In this document: in pieces, positions 50,201 to 61,910 of the stretch | How positions within the stretch are numbered: position 1 is the stretch's first letter | Layout of the letters: each line of letters starts with the position of its first letter | Source of the DNA: Vicugna vicugna | Lineage: Eukaryota | Assembly (NCBI GenBank): GCA_013265495.1 | Contig: MU058290.1 | Location: 248,001 to 312,000, forward strand | DNA length: 64,000 bases | Reading direction: 5' to 3' | Notes under the pieces: generated by a model | Told to the model about the DNA's origin: nothing | Seen by the model: only the letters and a program-made list of their open reading frames with translations | Database searches by the model: none | Program-made: the position numbers and the translations under genes

Positions 50201-53200
50201 GACATTATATAATGATAAAGGGGACAATTCATCAAGAAGACATAATGGTTATTAAGATATATACACCAAATATAGGAGCACCAAAATATGTAAAGCAATT
50301 ATGAACAGACCTAAAGCGAGAGATTAATAGCAACACAATAATATTTGGGGCCTTTTAACACCCAATGGGTAGATCATCCAGAGAGAAAGTCAACAAGGAA
50401 ACATCAACCCTAAATGAAACATGAAACCAGATGGATTTGATAGATTTGTACAGAACATAGTATCCAAGTGCAGCAGAATATACATTCTTCTCAAGTGCAT
50501 GAGGAACTTTCTCAAAAATAGACCATATGTTGAGATATAAAACAAGTCTCAATAAATTTAAGAAGATTGAGATCATATTAATAATCTTTTCTGATCACAT
50601 GGCATGAAACTACAACAATGTAGAAATCCCCCATTAACAAGAAAGCTGGATACTAACTACTCTATATAAAATATATAAACGTTTATATAACAAGGTCCTA
50701 CTGTATAACACAGGAGACTATATTCAATACTTCGTAATGGCCTGTAATGAGGAGTCTATGTGTATATATAACTAAATCACTATGCTGTATACCAGAAATT
50801 AATACATTGTAAATCTACTATAATTTAATAAAAAAAAGAAGAAAGCTGGAAAAATCACAAATATGTGGAGACTGAACAACAAGCCACTAAATGATATGCT
50901 ACTGAACAACTGTTAGTTCAATGAAGAAATCAAAGAAGAAATAAAAAAATACTGAAGACAAAATGAAAATATGACATATCATAATCTATGGGATGCAGCA
51001 AAATTGGTACTAAGAGGGAAGTTTATAGCAATACAGAAACAAGAAAAATCCCAAATAAACAACCTCACATCTAAAGGTATCAGAAATAAAACAAACAAAG
51101 CCAAAAGTCAGTAGAAGGAAGGCAGTAATAAAGATCAGAGCAGGAATGAATGAAGTAGAGGCTAAAAAGACAATGGTAAAGATCAATGAAACTAAGAGCT
51201 GGTTTTTTAAAAACATAAACAAAATCGGCAAACTTAGATACACTCGCTCAGGAAAAGAGATAAGGCTCTGGTAAGTAAAATCAGAGATGAATGAGGAGAA
51301 ATAAGAATGGGGACTGCAGAAACACAAAGGATCACAACAGAATTCTGCGAATAGCTACCTGCCAACAACTGGACAACCTAGAAGAAATGGACAAATCCTA
51401 GAATCATACTACCTTCCAAGACTGCATCATGAAGAAACAGAAAATGTGAACAGACGAAACTTTAGTAAAGAGATTGAAACAGTAATCAAGAACCTCCCCC
51501 AAAACAAACAAGACAGCTTCCCAGGTGAATTCTACCACACATTCTAAGAGGATTTAATACCTATCCTTCTCAAACTCTTCCAAAAAATTGAAGAGGAGGG
51601 AATACTTCCTAACTCATTTTGCAAGCCCCACATTACCCTGATAACAGAACCAGACAAGGGCAACACAAAAAAAGAAAACTGAAAGCCTGTATCTCTGATG
51701 AACACAGAGAACTGTATGATGATGAACGGAAACTAAATTTTTGGTGGTAAGTACCCTATAGTGTATACAGAAGTAGAAATACAATGTCATGTGAAACTTA
51801 TATAATGTTATAAACCAATGTTAGCTCAATAAAAATGAATTAAAGAAGAAAAAATAAGCTATATAAAAATTTAAAACCTCAATAAGGACAAAAAGTATAC
51901 TACAAGGAAAATCAAAAGGCAAATGACAAATTTGGAAAATGTATAAGCAGTTTGTGTTACAAAGGACTATCCTTCATATTATATAAAGTCTCTCAAAGCC
52001 TGTAAGGAAAAAAATCAAAAACCTATTAGAAAATGTGGAAAATGATACGACAAGGCTCGTAGGTTCAATAAAAGACATTAAAATCTGCTAAAATATCTGC
52101 CTCTCATAAAGAACTCCACTCTCAGGTAGAGTGCACGAGGGCTGAGTACTTGGGGGTATGAACTACCAGTGGCTAACATAAGGGACTTGAGAATTAAAAG
52201 ATCTGGGCACTGGGACACTGTCGTCAATAATTATCAAGAAGAAATTCTCATACGTGGAATAGTTCCTTCCCTTACCTGATTCAGCATGACATCATAGACA
52301 TCATTCCCTTCACAGTACACATGGGCCTGGAGAGAAAAGAAAAAAACTGACATTTGTACAGTCTCAGCCCTGATGAGATCCTAATGAGGCTCTGTATTTT
52401 CTCATGCCTCAAGGTATCATCCTCCCGCACTACCACCATGCATCTTCCAGGGAAAGAAATGCAAAAGTACGTTCCTCTACACATAACCTATCATTCCTGT
52501 AATAAAAACATATTGCCTTCTTGTAATTACAGAAACACAAATGATTCTAACTCACTTAAAGGAAACCGGCTCCAGAGGAAGCCCTTCTTCTGTATTCTTC
52601 AAATCCTTTTCCCATTCATCAATAACTCATGCCATACCAGGGCACAGTTTCTCATTAGAACACTAACAATATAATTTTCTAAGTGAGAAAGAGGATGAGG
52701 TACAGAAAACTGATGACTAGTCCAGAAGTTAACCATGTTAAAAACACCCTGATTATTAACCCCAAACCCCACCACTCCCATCTTAGCCTTGGAGAAAAGT
52801 AATCACTAGTAATATCTTGGAGAGGATTCCTAAAATGAATACTAACAATGTTCCTGACAGGAATCTCAGTAACAAAAGAACAGCTGTTCTCTGAGAAATC
52901 AGTGGGAGTCTCTCACCTTCCCCACCTTGGCTGTGCACTCTGGGTCCACAGGAGCTTTACCCTTTAACAGCAAGGTCTTCACAGACTCTGAAGAAAGACA
53001 GAGATATACTACATCTACTTGTATGGGAATCAGAAATAGCTGCCCTGGTTAGACAGAAACCTGTCATAATTCACTTTGCCCTTCCCAAGCAATCCCGACC
53101 TGCCTGGTTCTCAATTCATCTCAAATACATGAAACTGAAGATTCTGAGAAAGGTTAGTCCTGTGATGCGCCCCAAAGATAGAAAGTTAATTATATCTTCA

Positions 53201-54411
53201 AGAAAGGAAGAAATAAGAGTTAGCCCCACCCTCACCCATCCGAGAGACCCTCCCTGGCCAATCATGGGAAGCTGACCTTGCCTGTCTTCTGTCCTGTCAT
53301 TATCAGCCTTTCCTCCAGCCACAGGCTCTTTTCTCACCCCCTGCCTCCGGCATCTTCGAGCTTTCTTTGCAGGAGGAGGGTCTTCTGTAGCTGCTTTGCC
53401 ATTACCAACTCTTTCACCTTCATTTAATGCTACGGAAGCTTAGGTCAGGAAGAATGGGCAAAGAAGCAAAAGAAAGAATGAGCACACACTATGATGCTGC
53501 TTTGAAAAAACATCTTTTTAAAGAGATGGGCTCAGATGGTTTTGTAAGTTTACAAAGGACTAACTGCCACATCACTGTTCCTGAAAACAGTCTGCGTTCC
53601 TGAATTGCTATTCTAGCCAAATAAAATAAAAGAAAAGAAAATGGAGCCTTGGGGCTCTTGTGAGCTCATGGCCTGAGGCACGAGTCTCAAAGCCTGCTTA
53701 CCTCTTCTGTTTATTGTGCCCCAATACCCTCCAAAGAACCCGTCCTCAGACTACCTAAGGTAGTATGAAATAATAGCGGAGGCTCTGGAGTCCGTGCCTA
53801 ACTTAGAGCCCAGCCCGGTCTCGAGCTGTGGAATCTTGTGGATAACTTCTGCAGAAGCTATCTGTGTACCTCACTTGCCCCTACTGAAAAATCCAGAGGA
53901 TGACAACAACAGTATCGAATTTCTAGGGTGGGCCTATGCATTTAAGAACACAATACACAGAGTATGATACCTCATCACGTCAATTCTAAACGTTGCATTT
54001 TTATTATCTCTGCATTTTACAACGATGCATTTTACAGTGATGACACACGCAGGGACTCACGTTTTAACTGGAAGCGTTTTTCTTTGCTTAGTGGTTCATA
54101 CTATCATGCCCCTTAAAACTAATGGTTTTTTAACTGGATGACATTAGATATTTAAAATAGTGCTGGTAGTTAGTTGTTACAGGTCAGAAGGCTGTTCTAC
54201 ACAATTCTGTAATCCTCAGAGCTATGAAAACCGAAATTTTAAAAGTTCAGCACCAAAACAAATGCGGGTTCAGAGGGCGATGGAAGTAGAAGGGCTATTG
54301 TAGAGGGCACGGATCATTCTCCGCCTTCCCGCCCCCCCGCATTCGGCCCGCCACAATGCACTCCAAACCTCGCGCCCGGCCGCTGCTCGCGCCCCGCCGC
54401 CGAGCTGCCAT
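41254..54411 (-). CDS. PARP2: Poly(ADP-ribose) polymerase 2, 16 exons, 568 aa
   Basis: Exons in transcript order: 54411-54369, 53429-53277, 52987-52917, 52326-52276, 46710-46614, 46160-46085, 45476-45374, 44662-44500, 44248-44110, 43285-43222, 43140-43006, 42731-42604, 42457-42358, 41999-41901, 41656-41532, 41413-41254. All introns are GT-AG and lengths sum to 1707 nt. Translation: MAARRRG basic N-terminus, WGR domain (WMRWGRVG), regulatory helical domain, catalytic LLWHGSR / [14 protein letters not shown] / YNEFIVY, ending FNFLQLW*. Confidence 0.97.
47713..51853 (+). mobile_element. Degenerate LINE-1 (5'UTR, ORF1, ORF2 endonuclease half, 3' end) in PARP2 intron 4, antisense to PARP2
   Basis: GC-richer 5'UTR ~47713-48550; A-rich ORF1 relic (ggctatcagcacatttctcagcagaa...; aagttcattaccactagacctgcc); ORF2 start near 49926 (gtaaacggattgaattcaccaatcaaaagacacagagtggc = [14 protein letters not shown]); 3' end with aataaa and A tail near 51828-51853. 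Confidence 0.9.
50651..50838 (+). mobile_element. Short L1 3'-end insertion nested in the larger L1
   Basis: L1 3'UTR (aacaaggtcctactgtataacacagg...tcactatgctgtataccagaaattaa) plus A tail, flanked by 12-bp direct repeat aagaaagctgga (50639-50650 and 50839-50850). Confidence 0.85.
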
Positions 54412-54644
54412 GGAACCCGAACGTTGACGTCATCAATCCTCTCCCAGTAATCGCCGGCGCAGTCACAGGGCGGGAACACGCAGCGCGCGTGCGTCCCAGC
54501 CGTAAAGATGGCTGCACAGGACCGGGTCGGCGCCACAGGTCTGCAGTATTTGCATGTCGCTATGTCTTGTGGGAAGTCGCCATAACCGAGAAATGTCTTT
54601 AAGTTTGGGAGTCTTATAAAGGCTGCGTGAGCCCACCCTTTCCC
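54412..54644. promoter_or_regulatory. Bidirectional H1/PARP2 promoter (type 3 Pol III toward +, Pol II toward -)
   Basis: Octamer ATTTGCAT 54548-54555; Staf/ZNF143-like tcgctatgtcttgtgggaa 54557-54575; PSE tcgccataaccgagaaat 54577-54594; TATAAA 54615-54620. On the PARP2 side: CRE palindrome TGACGTCA 54425-54432 and YY1-like AAGATGGC 54505-54512. CpG-rich from about 54310 to 54910. Confidence 0.92.
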
Positions 54645-54985
54645 ATAGGGCGGAGGGAAGCTCATCGGTGGGGCCACGTGCTGAGTGCGATTAGTCACTC
54701 TACTCTGTGTCCCTTGGGAAGGTCTGAGACTAGGGCCAGAAGCGGCCCTAACAGGGCTCTCCCTGAGCCTCGGGGAGGTGAGTTCCCAGAGAACGGGGCT
54801 CCGCGCGAGGGCAGACTGGGCAGGAGATGCTGTGGACCCCACCCTTCGGAGGGGCCTGGCGGATGCCTCCTTAGCCGGAGCTTGGAACAGACTCACGGCC
54901 AGCGAAGTGAGTTCAATGGCTGAGGTGAGGTACCCTGTAGAGGGGCCTCATAACCCAATTCAGACTACTCTCCCCCGTCCTCTTT
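54645..54985 (+). ncRNA. RPPH1: RNase P RNA component H1
   Basis: Begins ATAGGGCGGAGGGAAGCTCATC and contains GGAAGGTCTGAGACTAGGGCC and AACCCAATTCAGACTACTCT (P4 pseudoknot strands). About 340 nt, 5' and 3' ends complementary, ends in a T run. Confidence 0.97.
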
Positions 54986-54986
54986 T
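54983..54986 (+). terminator. Pol III terminator of RPPH1 (T4)
   Basis: TTTT directly after the 3' strand of helix P1. Confidence 0.75.
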
Positions 54987-55740
54987 ACATGAGTCAGTGC
55001 TGCAGCTTACCAGAAAGGGGGGAGGGGGGAGGATGCAAGGGACGAAGCCACGAGGGTAGCGAAGGGATCTCCTTTGAAGGCAGAGAAACCTGGTCATCTG
55101 GATTTTACAAAGATACTTTGGGTGCCACCAAACAAGCAGATCCCTGATGACCCTAATTAAAAACTGAGACGCTGCATTCCTACGAGAACAACCACGTAAA
55201 TCTGATACTGATGATTTTCATGAAGGTACAGATATTTATATACCTATTACTTCAACAAATATTTATTGGACACCTTGCTGTGTTCTGGGGATGTGATAGT
55301 TTAGCCAAAATTAGACATAGCTCATGTGTTCATGGATCTTACAGCCTGGCTGGGGACAGATAATCAGGTAATCACACAAACAAAAGTAAAAATACAGCAG
55401 CAACAAGAATTATAGGGAGACGCCTACAGTACAAACGGAAGTTCTAATGGGAGAGCAAATTGGGGAACTCATCGCTAAGGAAATGACAGGAGTTGAGCTG
55501 TATCAGAAGAATCCGTAAGTAAACAGGAGAAATACGAAATGGCTGGAGCTGGAGAGGAAGCCAGTGCCCAGAGCAAGCCAGGCTTTACAGGTCAAGATAA
55601 GAAATTGTGCTTTGTTCTACTAAGGGGGTGTGTGTGTATGAACTACAGATGGATTAAGGACTGACACTCAAAAATAAAACTTGAAAACCGTTAGGCAGAA
55701 AATACGTAAATGTCTTTTAGATCTTGAGATAAGAGACGGG

Positions 55741-56538
55741 TTTCTTTTTATTTATTTATTTATTTAATTTATTGAAGTATAGTTGATTTACAATGTGTTA
55801 GTTTCAGGTGTGCAATAAAGTGCTTCAGTTATAAATATACATATATAATCTTTTTCAGATTCTCTTTCATTATAGGCTATTACATACTATTGAATATAGT
55901 TCTCTCTGCTATACACTAGGTCCTTGTTTGTCTATTTTATATCTAGTAGTGTATGTATATGTTAATCTGAAACTCCTAATTTATCCCTCTTCCCCCTCAC
56001 TTTCCCCTTTGGTAACCATAAGTTTGTTTCCTGTGTCTGTGAGTCTATTTCTATTCTGTAAATAAAGTTTATTTGTATCTTTTTTTAAAGATTCCACATA
56101 TAACTGATATCATATGATGTTTGTCTTTCTGTGTCTGACTTTCTTCACTTAATATGATAATCTCTAGGTCCATCCATCTTGTTGCAAATGACATTTCATT
56201 CTTTTTATGGCTGAGTAATACTCCATTGTGTGTGTGTGTGTACCACATCCATTCATCTGTCGATGGACATTTAGGGTGTTACCAGGTCTTGGGTTATTGT
56301 AAATAGTACTGCTATTAACACTGGGGTGCCTGTTGTCTTTTTGAGTTAGAGTTTTCTCTGATAGTATTCCCAGGACTGGGACTGCTGGATCATATGATAA
56401 CTCCATTTTTAGTTTCTTAAGGAACCTCCATATTGTTCTCCATAGTGGTTGCACCAATTTACATTCCCACCAACAGTGTAGGAGGGTTCCTTTTTCTCCA
56501 CACCCTCTCCAGCATTTATTATTTGTAGACTTTTTAAT
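55741..56538 (-). mobile_element. 5'-truncated LINE-1 3' end inserted in an older L1 relic
   Basis: (ttta)n tail and L1 3'UTR. Minus-strand ORF 56164-56457 gives [30 protein letters not shown]. Degenerate direct repeats gagacgggtttctt / gggatggggttctt. Confidence 0.88.
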
Positions 56539-57277
56539 GGGATGGGGTTCTTAAGACACAAAAGTCATTGAGTATAAGAGAAAATATTGATATATTTGAT
56601 TATATTAAAATTAAGAATTTTTGTTCATCATAACATGTAAAGTTTAGAAGAGAATAAAATTTTTATTATTTGCATTTGTTGATTATGAATATAAAAATCT
56701 ATAAGATACTGGGGGATAATTTTTTTAATGCAGTAAGGAAGCATAGCAAGGCTGATAGAAAGTAACATATAAGGATAAACTGTATCTTTATAAAAGAGCT
56801 TCAAACAAGTAGAAACAGAATTTTTAGGAAATATATCATTTAAAAGAACATAAAAGCACATCAAGTACTTGCAAATAAATCTGACAAACTGTAGGTGCTC
56901 AACAAATGTTTGTTCAATTGGTATGTTAAAGCTCTATACAGCTGAATTACAGCACAAATACGCTAGACTGGTCTAAAAGGCATTAATTTTAAAATAGGAA
57001 GAGGTAAAAAATGGACATTTATTAAAAATAGCTGATACTTAGTAGTGCTTTTTGTGTACAAGACACTGAGCTAAGTGCTTTTACACACATAACTTCATTT
57101 AATCTTTATAATGGTAATAGCTGGAATTTATTTAGTGCTTACTATGCTATGAGCTTTACATATATTATTTAATTCTCACAACAATCCTACAGGATAGGTA
57201 GATGATTATTATCTCCATTTTACAGTTGAGGAAATTGAACTTTAGAAAAATTTAAGTAATTTATTCAGGTCACATAG

Positions 57278-57445
57278 TGTACTGGTTTGCTAGGGCTGCC
57301 ATAACTAAGAACTACAGACTGGGTTGCTCAAACAACAGAAATTTATTTTCTTGAAATGCTGGAGGCCAGAAGTCCAAGATAAAGGTGTCAGCAGCGTTGG
57401 TTTCTTCCAAGACCCCTCTCCTTGGATTGCAGGTCTTTTTCTTGT
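57278..57445. mobile_element. MLT1 (MaLR) LTR fragment
   Basis: tgtactggtttgctagggctgccataac...aacaacagaaatttatt...ctggaggccagaagtccaagataaaggtgtcagcag. Confidence 0.8.
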
Positions 57446-60400
57446 ATCTTCCCTACTAAGCGTGTTAACTTGAATACTACCCTGCTGGCAAGTTCTAATT
57501 TGAGTAGATCTGGACTGTTTATAATGAAACATGCTACCTTGCATACATTAGCCATGTTGAGATTATAAAGGATAGGAAATTATCCTAAAGGAATGAATTA
57601 GCCCATGTTTGCTTGTGCAAAGTATATTAACTCAAAAGAAAACTTGGTTTAAAAAGTTCAATCCCCAAACAGTGCAAGTAGCATCACTGGTCCTTAAAGA
57701 TTCAAGTAGGTGACGGAGGGGGTTGCATCATTTCAGCACCTTTTAAGGTAAAGGAGGAGGGAATCATCAGTAGCCAATCAGGCTCTGAGGCTGCTTCCCA
57801 AAGCCACTTCCTGTCTCTCTGCTTTCTCTCTCTCCGTTTTGGTGGTTCACTGGTGAGTGTGCACTTAATTTTGCTCCCTAATTGTTTTGAATTTCTCTTT
57901 GATTTGAGCTGTTGTATCCTGGTGGCAGGGCTTTATTTCAAGCCAGCATTGGAGTGTATGTGAGGCGATTAATTTTGGCCGTGCAGAGACTGGGAAGGCA
58001 GTGAAATGATCTGCTTGGCTTGTTCCCACGTGGGCCTCTGCAGTACCGGGTCTGCCTTCCTTCTCCGAGACAGGGTGACCTGGGAACAGCAGACTGCTTC
58101 ATGAACATGAACATGAGTGTTCTTGGAAAATGTCTGAATTTATTTTGCTTGGAGGAAAAGGTACCGTTCGTATCTCAGTGTTGTTTTGACTTCTGTCTTC
58201 CTGAGAGAGAGGGTAGATCCTGGGAGGAGGCGTTCAGACTAGTATGTTTTAATTCTCCTGTATCTGCAGGGCGCAGGTCCTGACTGGGTTTGTAGGAGCT
58301 GCAGTGGATGCTGTGTTTGTCCTAGTCTTTGCTTAGAGCATTCGGCTTTTTTAGAGGGACCAGGCAGCAGGCTCTGAAGTCAGATGATTTTAATAAACTC
58401 TAAGAGGAGCTCTCAGTTTTAATGTGTCACCACTGTGGTGATGGTGCCCTAAAAACTTAAGATGTACTGAAAAATAAGGGGCCTTACTTGGTGCAAGCCT
58501 AAATCAAATTCCAGTGCCACAGCTGACTCCACCAGTGACCTCTGGTGAGTTAGTGAACCGTTCTGAGGCTCAGGTTTTGAAGATCAAAGTATGTGAAGTC
58601 CAGGGAAGTCCAGGTACCAGTCACTGTATAATAAGTGTTAAGTACCTTCTAGAAGTAAGCAATAAATTTATTTTGGATATAATTTTTTCTCATAAAAAGT
58701 TTTGCCTAGTGGCATTGAATGATACACATTCATTTGAATATAATGTATATGATGTTATCTTACAAGTAAAAATGTGAGAAAGACATAAGCTAGTGCATAG
58801 AATGTGGTAATAGCCAGTTGTAGGCCCCCCCATAATCCTTATAATTCTCAAGCTTTATTGTTATTTTGTTTTGAATAGGTAATACATTCACATGGTTCAA
58901 AATTCAAAAGGAATCATAGTGTATATAATGAAATCTCCTAAGCCCGAGTCCCCTCTCCAGCGTTAACAATTTTTGTTTCCTTCCTAAGATATTATATGCA
59001 CATATAAGCAAATGTATGTACTTAACCCTCCGCTCTTCCATACATACTTCACCATGCATCTTACTTTTCCCGCTTAAGATTTCCAAATGAGTAAATAAGG
59101 AGGGTACACATTCTTTTAATGGTTACATAGTAATTTATATATGTACATACCATAATTTAACTTTTATTGGTGGACATTTACATAGTTTACAGTCTTGTTA
59201 TTTCCTTCAAAGTGAATAACCTTGTACATAAGTCGGTTGTCACACATGACGTTTCAGATGGGTTCTTGATATAGTCATGTTTAGAAGGACTCTCAAAATG
59301 CTGTGCTTCCTGTTATTTTGTGTGCATAGTGATGACTAGAAACCAACACCCCCAAACATCTTGATTGAGCAACACAGGATTTTCTATTAAAAGCAAGACC
59401 AGGCTGATGGCTTTTATGTGAATATATCCTTGCCCACTTCAGTTTAAGGGATGATTTATTTTGCTGTGAACACATATTTAATGTTGAGGAGGAATGACAG
59501 CATGAATCAGAAACCACGTGGCCTTTATATTCATGAGGGCAGAAGGGGTTTGCTTGCCATGTGTACTTAGCAAAATGTGTGCTGGATATCTTTCTGAAAT
59601 TATGGTGTTGAGTGAGTAGAGTCATATTTTAGCTTTAAGTTGGGAAGAGTGGAAATGTTTTTTGAGCTGTAAACATGCAAAATAAAACAGAAAGCCTTTG
59701 GGGATTCCTCCAAAGTTACTTATTTTAAAAGTGTTAAAAGGCCCAGATCATGTCTTGTGAAACTTCTATTTTTCCAGTCCAGAAGTTTCGCTGCTTGGGA
59801 GAAAAATGAGTTTCCAGTGGAAGTATGCTCTTTTTGTTAGAGTAACTTCACGTAGACTAGATTGGAGTCTTCTATGTTAAATAGGGAATGAGGGGGAGAG
59901 GTGGGGGAGGCAAACTTTCTCTTTTTTTTTCTCAAAAGACAGAGACTCTTGGATTTGGAAGGACCTTTATGAGTGACTTGTCTGGACTCAGGATTATTGT
60001 GAGAAGTGTGAAATTTTAGGCAGAATATTTGCATTCCTACTCATTAGCTGGTTAAGCCTGGACACTTAGTAATAGAAACAACATACGAAACATTTAACTA
60101 CATGCCAGGTACTTTGCAAAACATTTTATATTTTACCTAGTTTAATCTTCATAACACTTCTAAGAGGTAGGTGGTATTTGTCCTCATTTTATGGAAAAGG
60201 AATCTGAGGCTTAGAGAAGTTGCATAATTGCCCCAGGTCACGGCAAATACATGGAGGAGCCAGGATTCAAATCCAGTTCTGTTCAACTTCACAAACCATT
60301 ATCTTAACCACTAAGCTAAGTTGCCTGTCATTTAGTCTTTAAACTTTGCTTGCATACCTATAAAATGGAGAAGATATAATACTTGCAAAATTAGGTGATA

Positions 60401-61767
60401 CGTGGACAGTACTTTATAAGTTTTAAGATAGGCAAAGTATTTATGAAATAGATAAAATATGAAGTTAACAGAGTAGAAACTTTTAAATGCCTCTTGCATT
60501 GAATTTCAAATTTGAAAATTATTCCTTCCTGCTGTTTTGACCCAAAGCCCTCAGGTACTATATTTTGATTTCATTTTTGTTTGCTCCACCAGCAATGGGA
60601 CTGGGACTGTTTGAAATGATGGTCTCTTGGGGTGAGCTGCATGACTAGTCAGTATTTCTGATCTAACCAGTTTTATTTCATATGTGCTCTAAGTGGATTC
60701 CTCCCGCACTGAGAGGTTAAAACAATAGGTATTCTTGACTAAAATAGCTGCCACTGAGTGGGAAACAAAACTTCAGAGTCTGTTCCATAGTATTGCCTTC
60801 TAGAACTATGCCAAGCAAGCAGTTTAGCATTTATTTCCTATACAAAGTTTTGTGTTGCTTCCCTTTGCCTCAGGTTAAAGATGGAATCCACTGTGGAAAG
60901 AAGGCCCAGGTCTTCAGCACCCTGTGTGCAAGCCTGGAAGCAGCTCCGTGAAGTCCCCTATAAAATCTGCTGCAGACCCCTACAAATCAAGTGGGCTTGG
61001 ATTTGGATGTTCTCAGCAGGAATGGTTAAAGCCTGATGGAACCACACAGGCAAGTACTTGAACTTTGACCAAGATATGATGCCTTAAAGTGTTGTGTTTT
61101 ACTTGTATATGTGTCTTTTCTATCTAAAAAAGATAGGAGGTTCTTTGAGTTACTGTTGTATCCTATAATGTGGGATATACAGTAGGCACTGAGTGGAATG
61201 GAACTGAGTATAACTCAGTGGTAATATAACCTTAAAATGGAAGCATCAGCTGATTTAGTATTATCAATTTGTAGTTTGTGTCAAGTCTTCATCTCTTCAC
61301 ATATAAAAAAATGTAGTTTTTGGCCCTGAGCACCCCAGTCCATTGAAGTACTTATTGCCGCAGGGGACAGAATGAAGGGGTGAATGAGTGTTTATGGGGG
61401 AATTTACAAAATATTTACTTTAGCTCCCTAAATAACTCAGTAACTATACAGTGGCCTTCATGTGGTAGGGTGACACTTGCTGAAGCAAGACTAGACTCCT
61501 GCAGGGAGCGTCACACACTGGGAAAGGCATCACATATTTATTATCAGGATTTTTGTAGTAGGCTATGTGCTGTGTGCCAAGGACACAAAGACCAGGCCCT
61601 TTGCAATCTAGGTTTTGTTTGTGAGATGAGACAGATAGAGAAGTTACACCTTTAAATCTATAATTATTTTTCTGTATGAAGTACTTGGACAGGGAGTTTT
61701 GAGGTAGACAATGTTAAAACTCCCACAATAAGAAATATTGTGAATATTGTGAAATAATGATAATAAG

Positions 61768-61910
61768 AGGGGGGAGGGTATAGCTCAGCGGTAGAGTGTG
61801 TGCTCAGCATGCACAAAGTCCTGGGTTCAATCCCCAATTACTTCCATTAAAGTAAATAAAGACCTAATTCCCCACCCCCCCCAAAAAAAAGAACTGCTTT
61901 AAAAAAAAAA
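61768..61910 (+). mobile_element. tRNA-Ala-derived SINE (Vic-1-like)
   Basis: Same head and gacctaattcccccacccccc middle segment, with A-rich tail. Confidence 0.88.

Noticed and set aside
2094..55000. TEP1 + PARP2 + RPPH1 as a novel functional gene cluster
   Set aside because: This is known conserved mammalian synteny. The vault-associated PARP is PARP4, not PARP2, and the sequence shows no shared regulation with TEP1.
54270..55059. 208-aa (-) and 124-aa (+) ORFs over the CpG island
   Set aside because: They overlap RPPH1 and the H1 promoter; stop-poor frames are expected in GC-rich sequence.
158..61655. Most ORFs in the six-frame track as independent genes
   Set aside because: They are exon read-throughs into introns, antisense shadows of GC-rich TEP1 exons, or L1-derived frames; none resembles a separate protein I can recognise.
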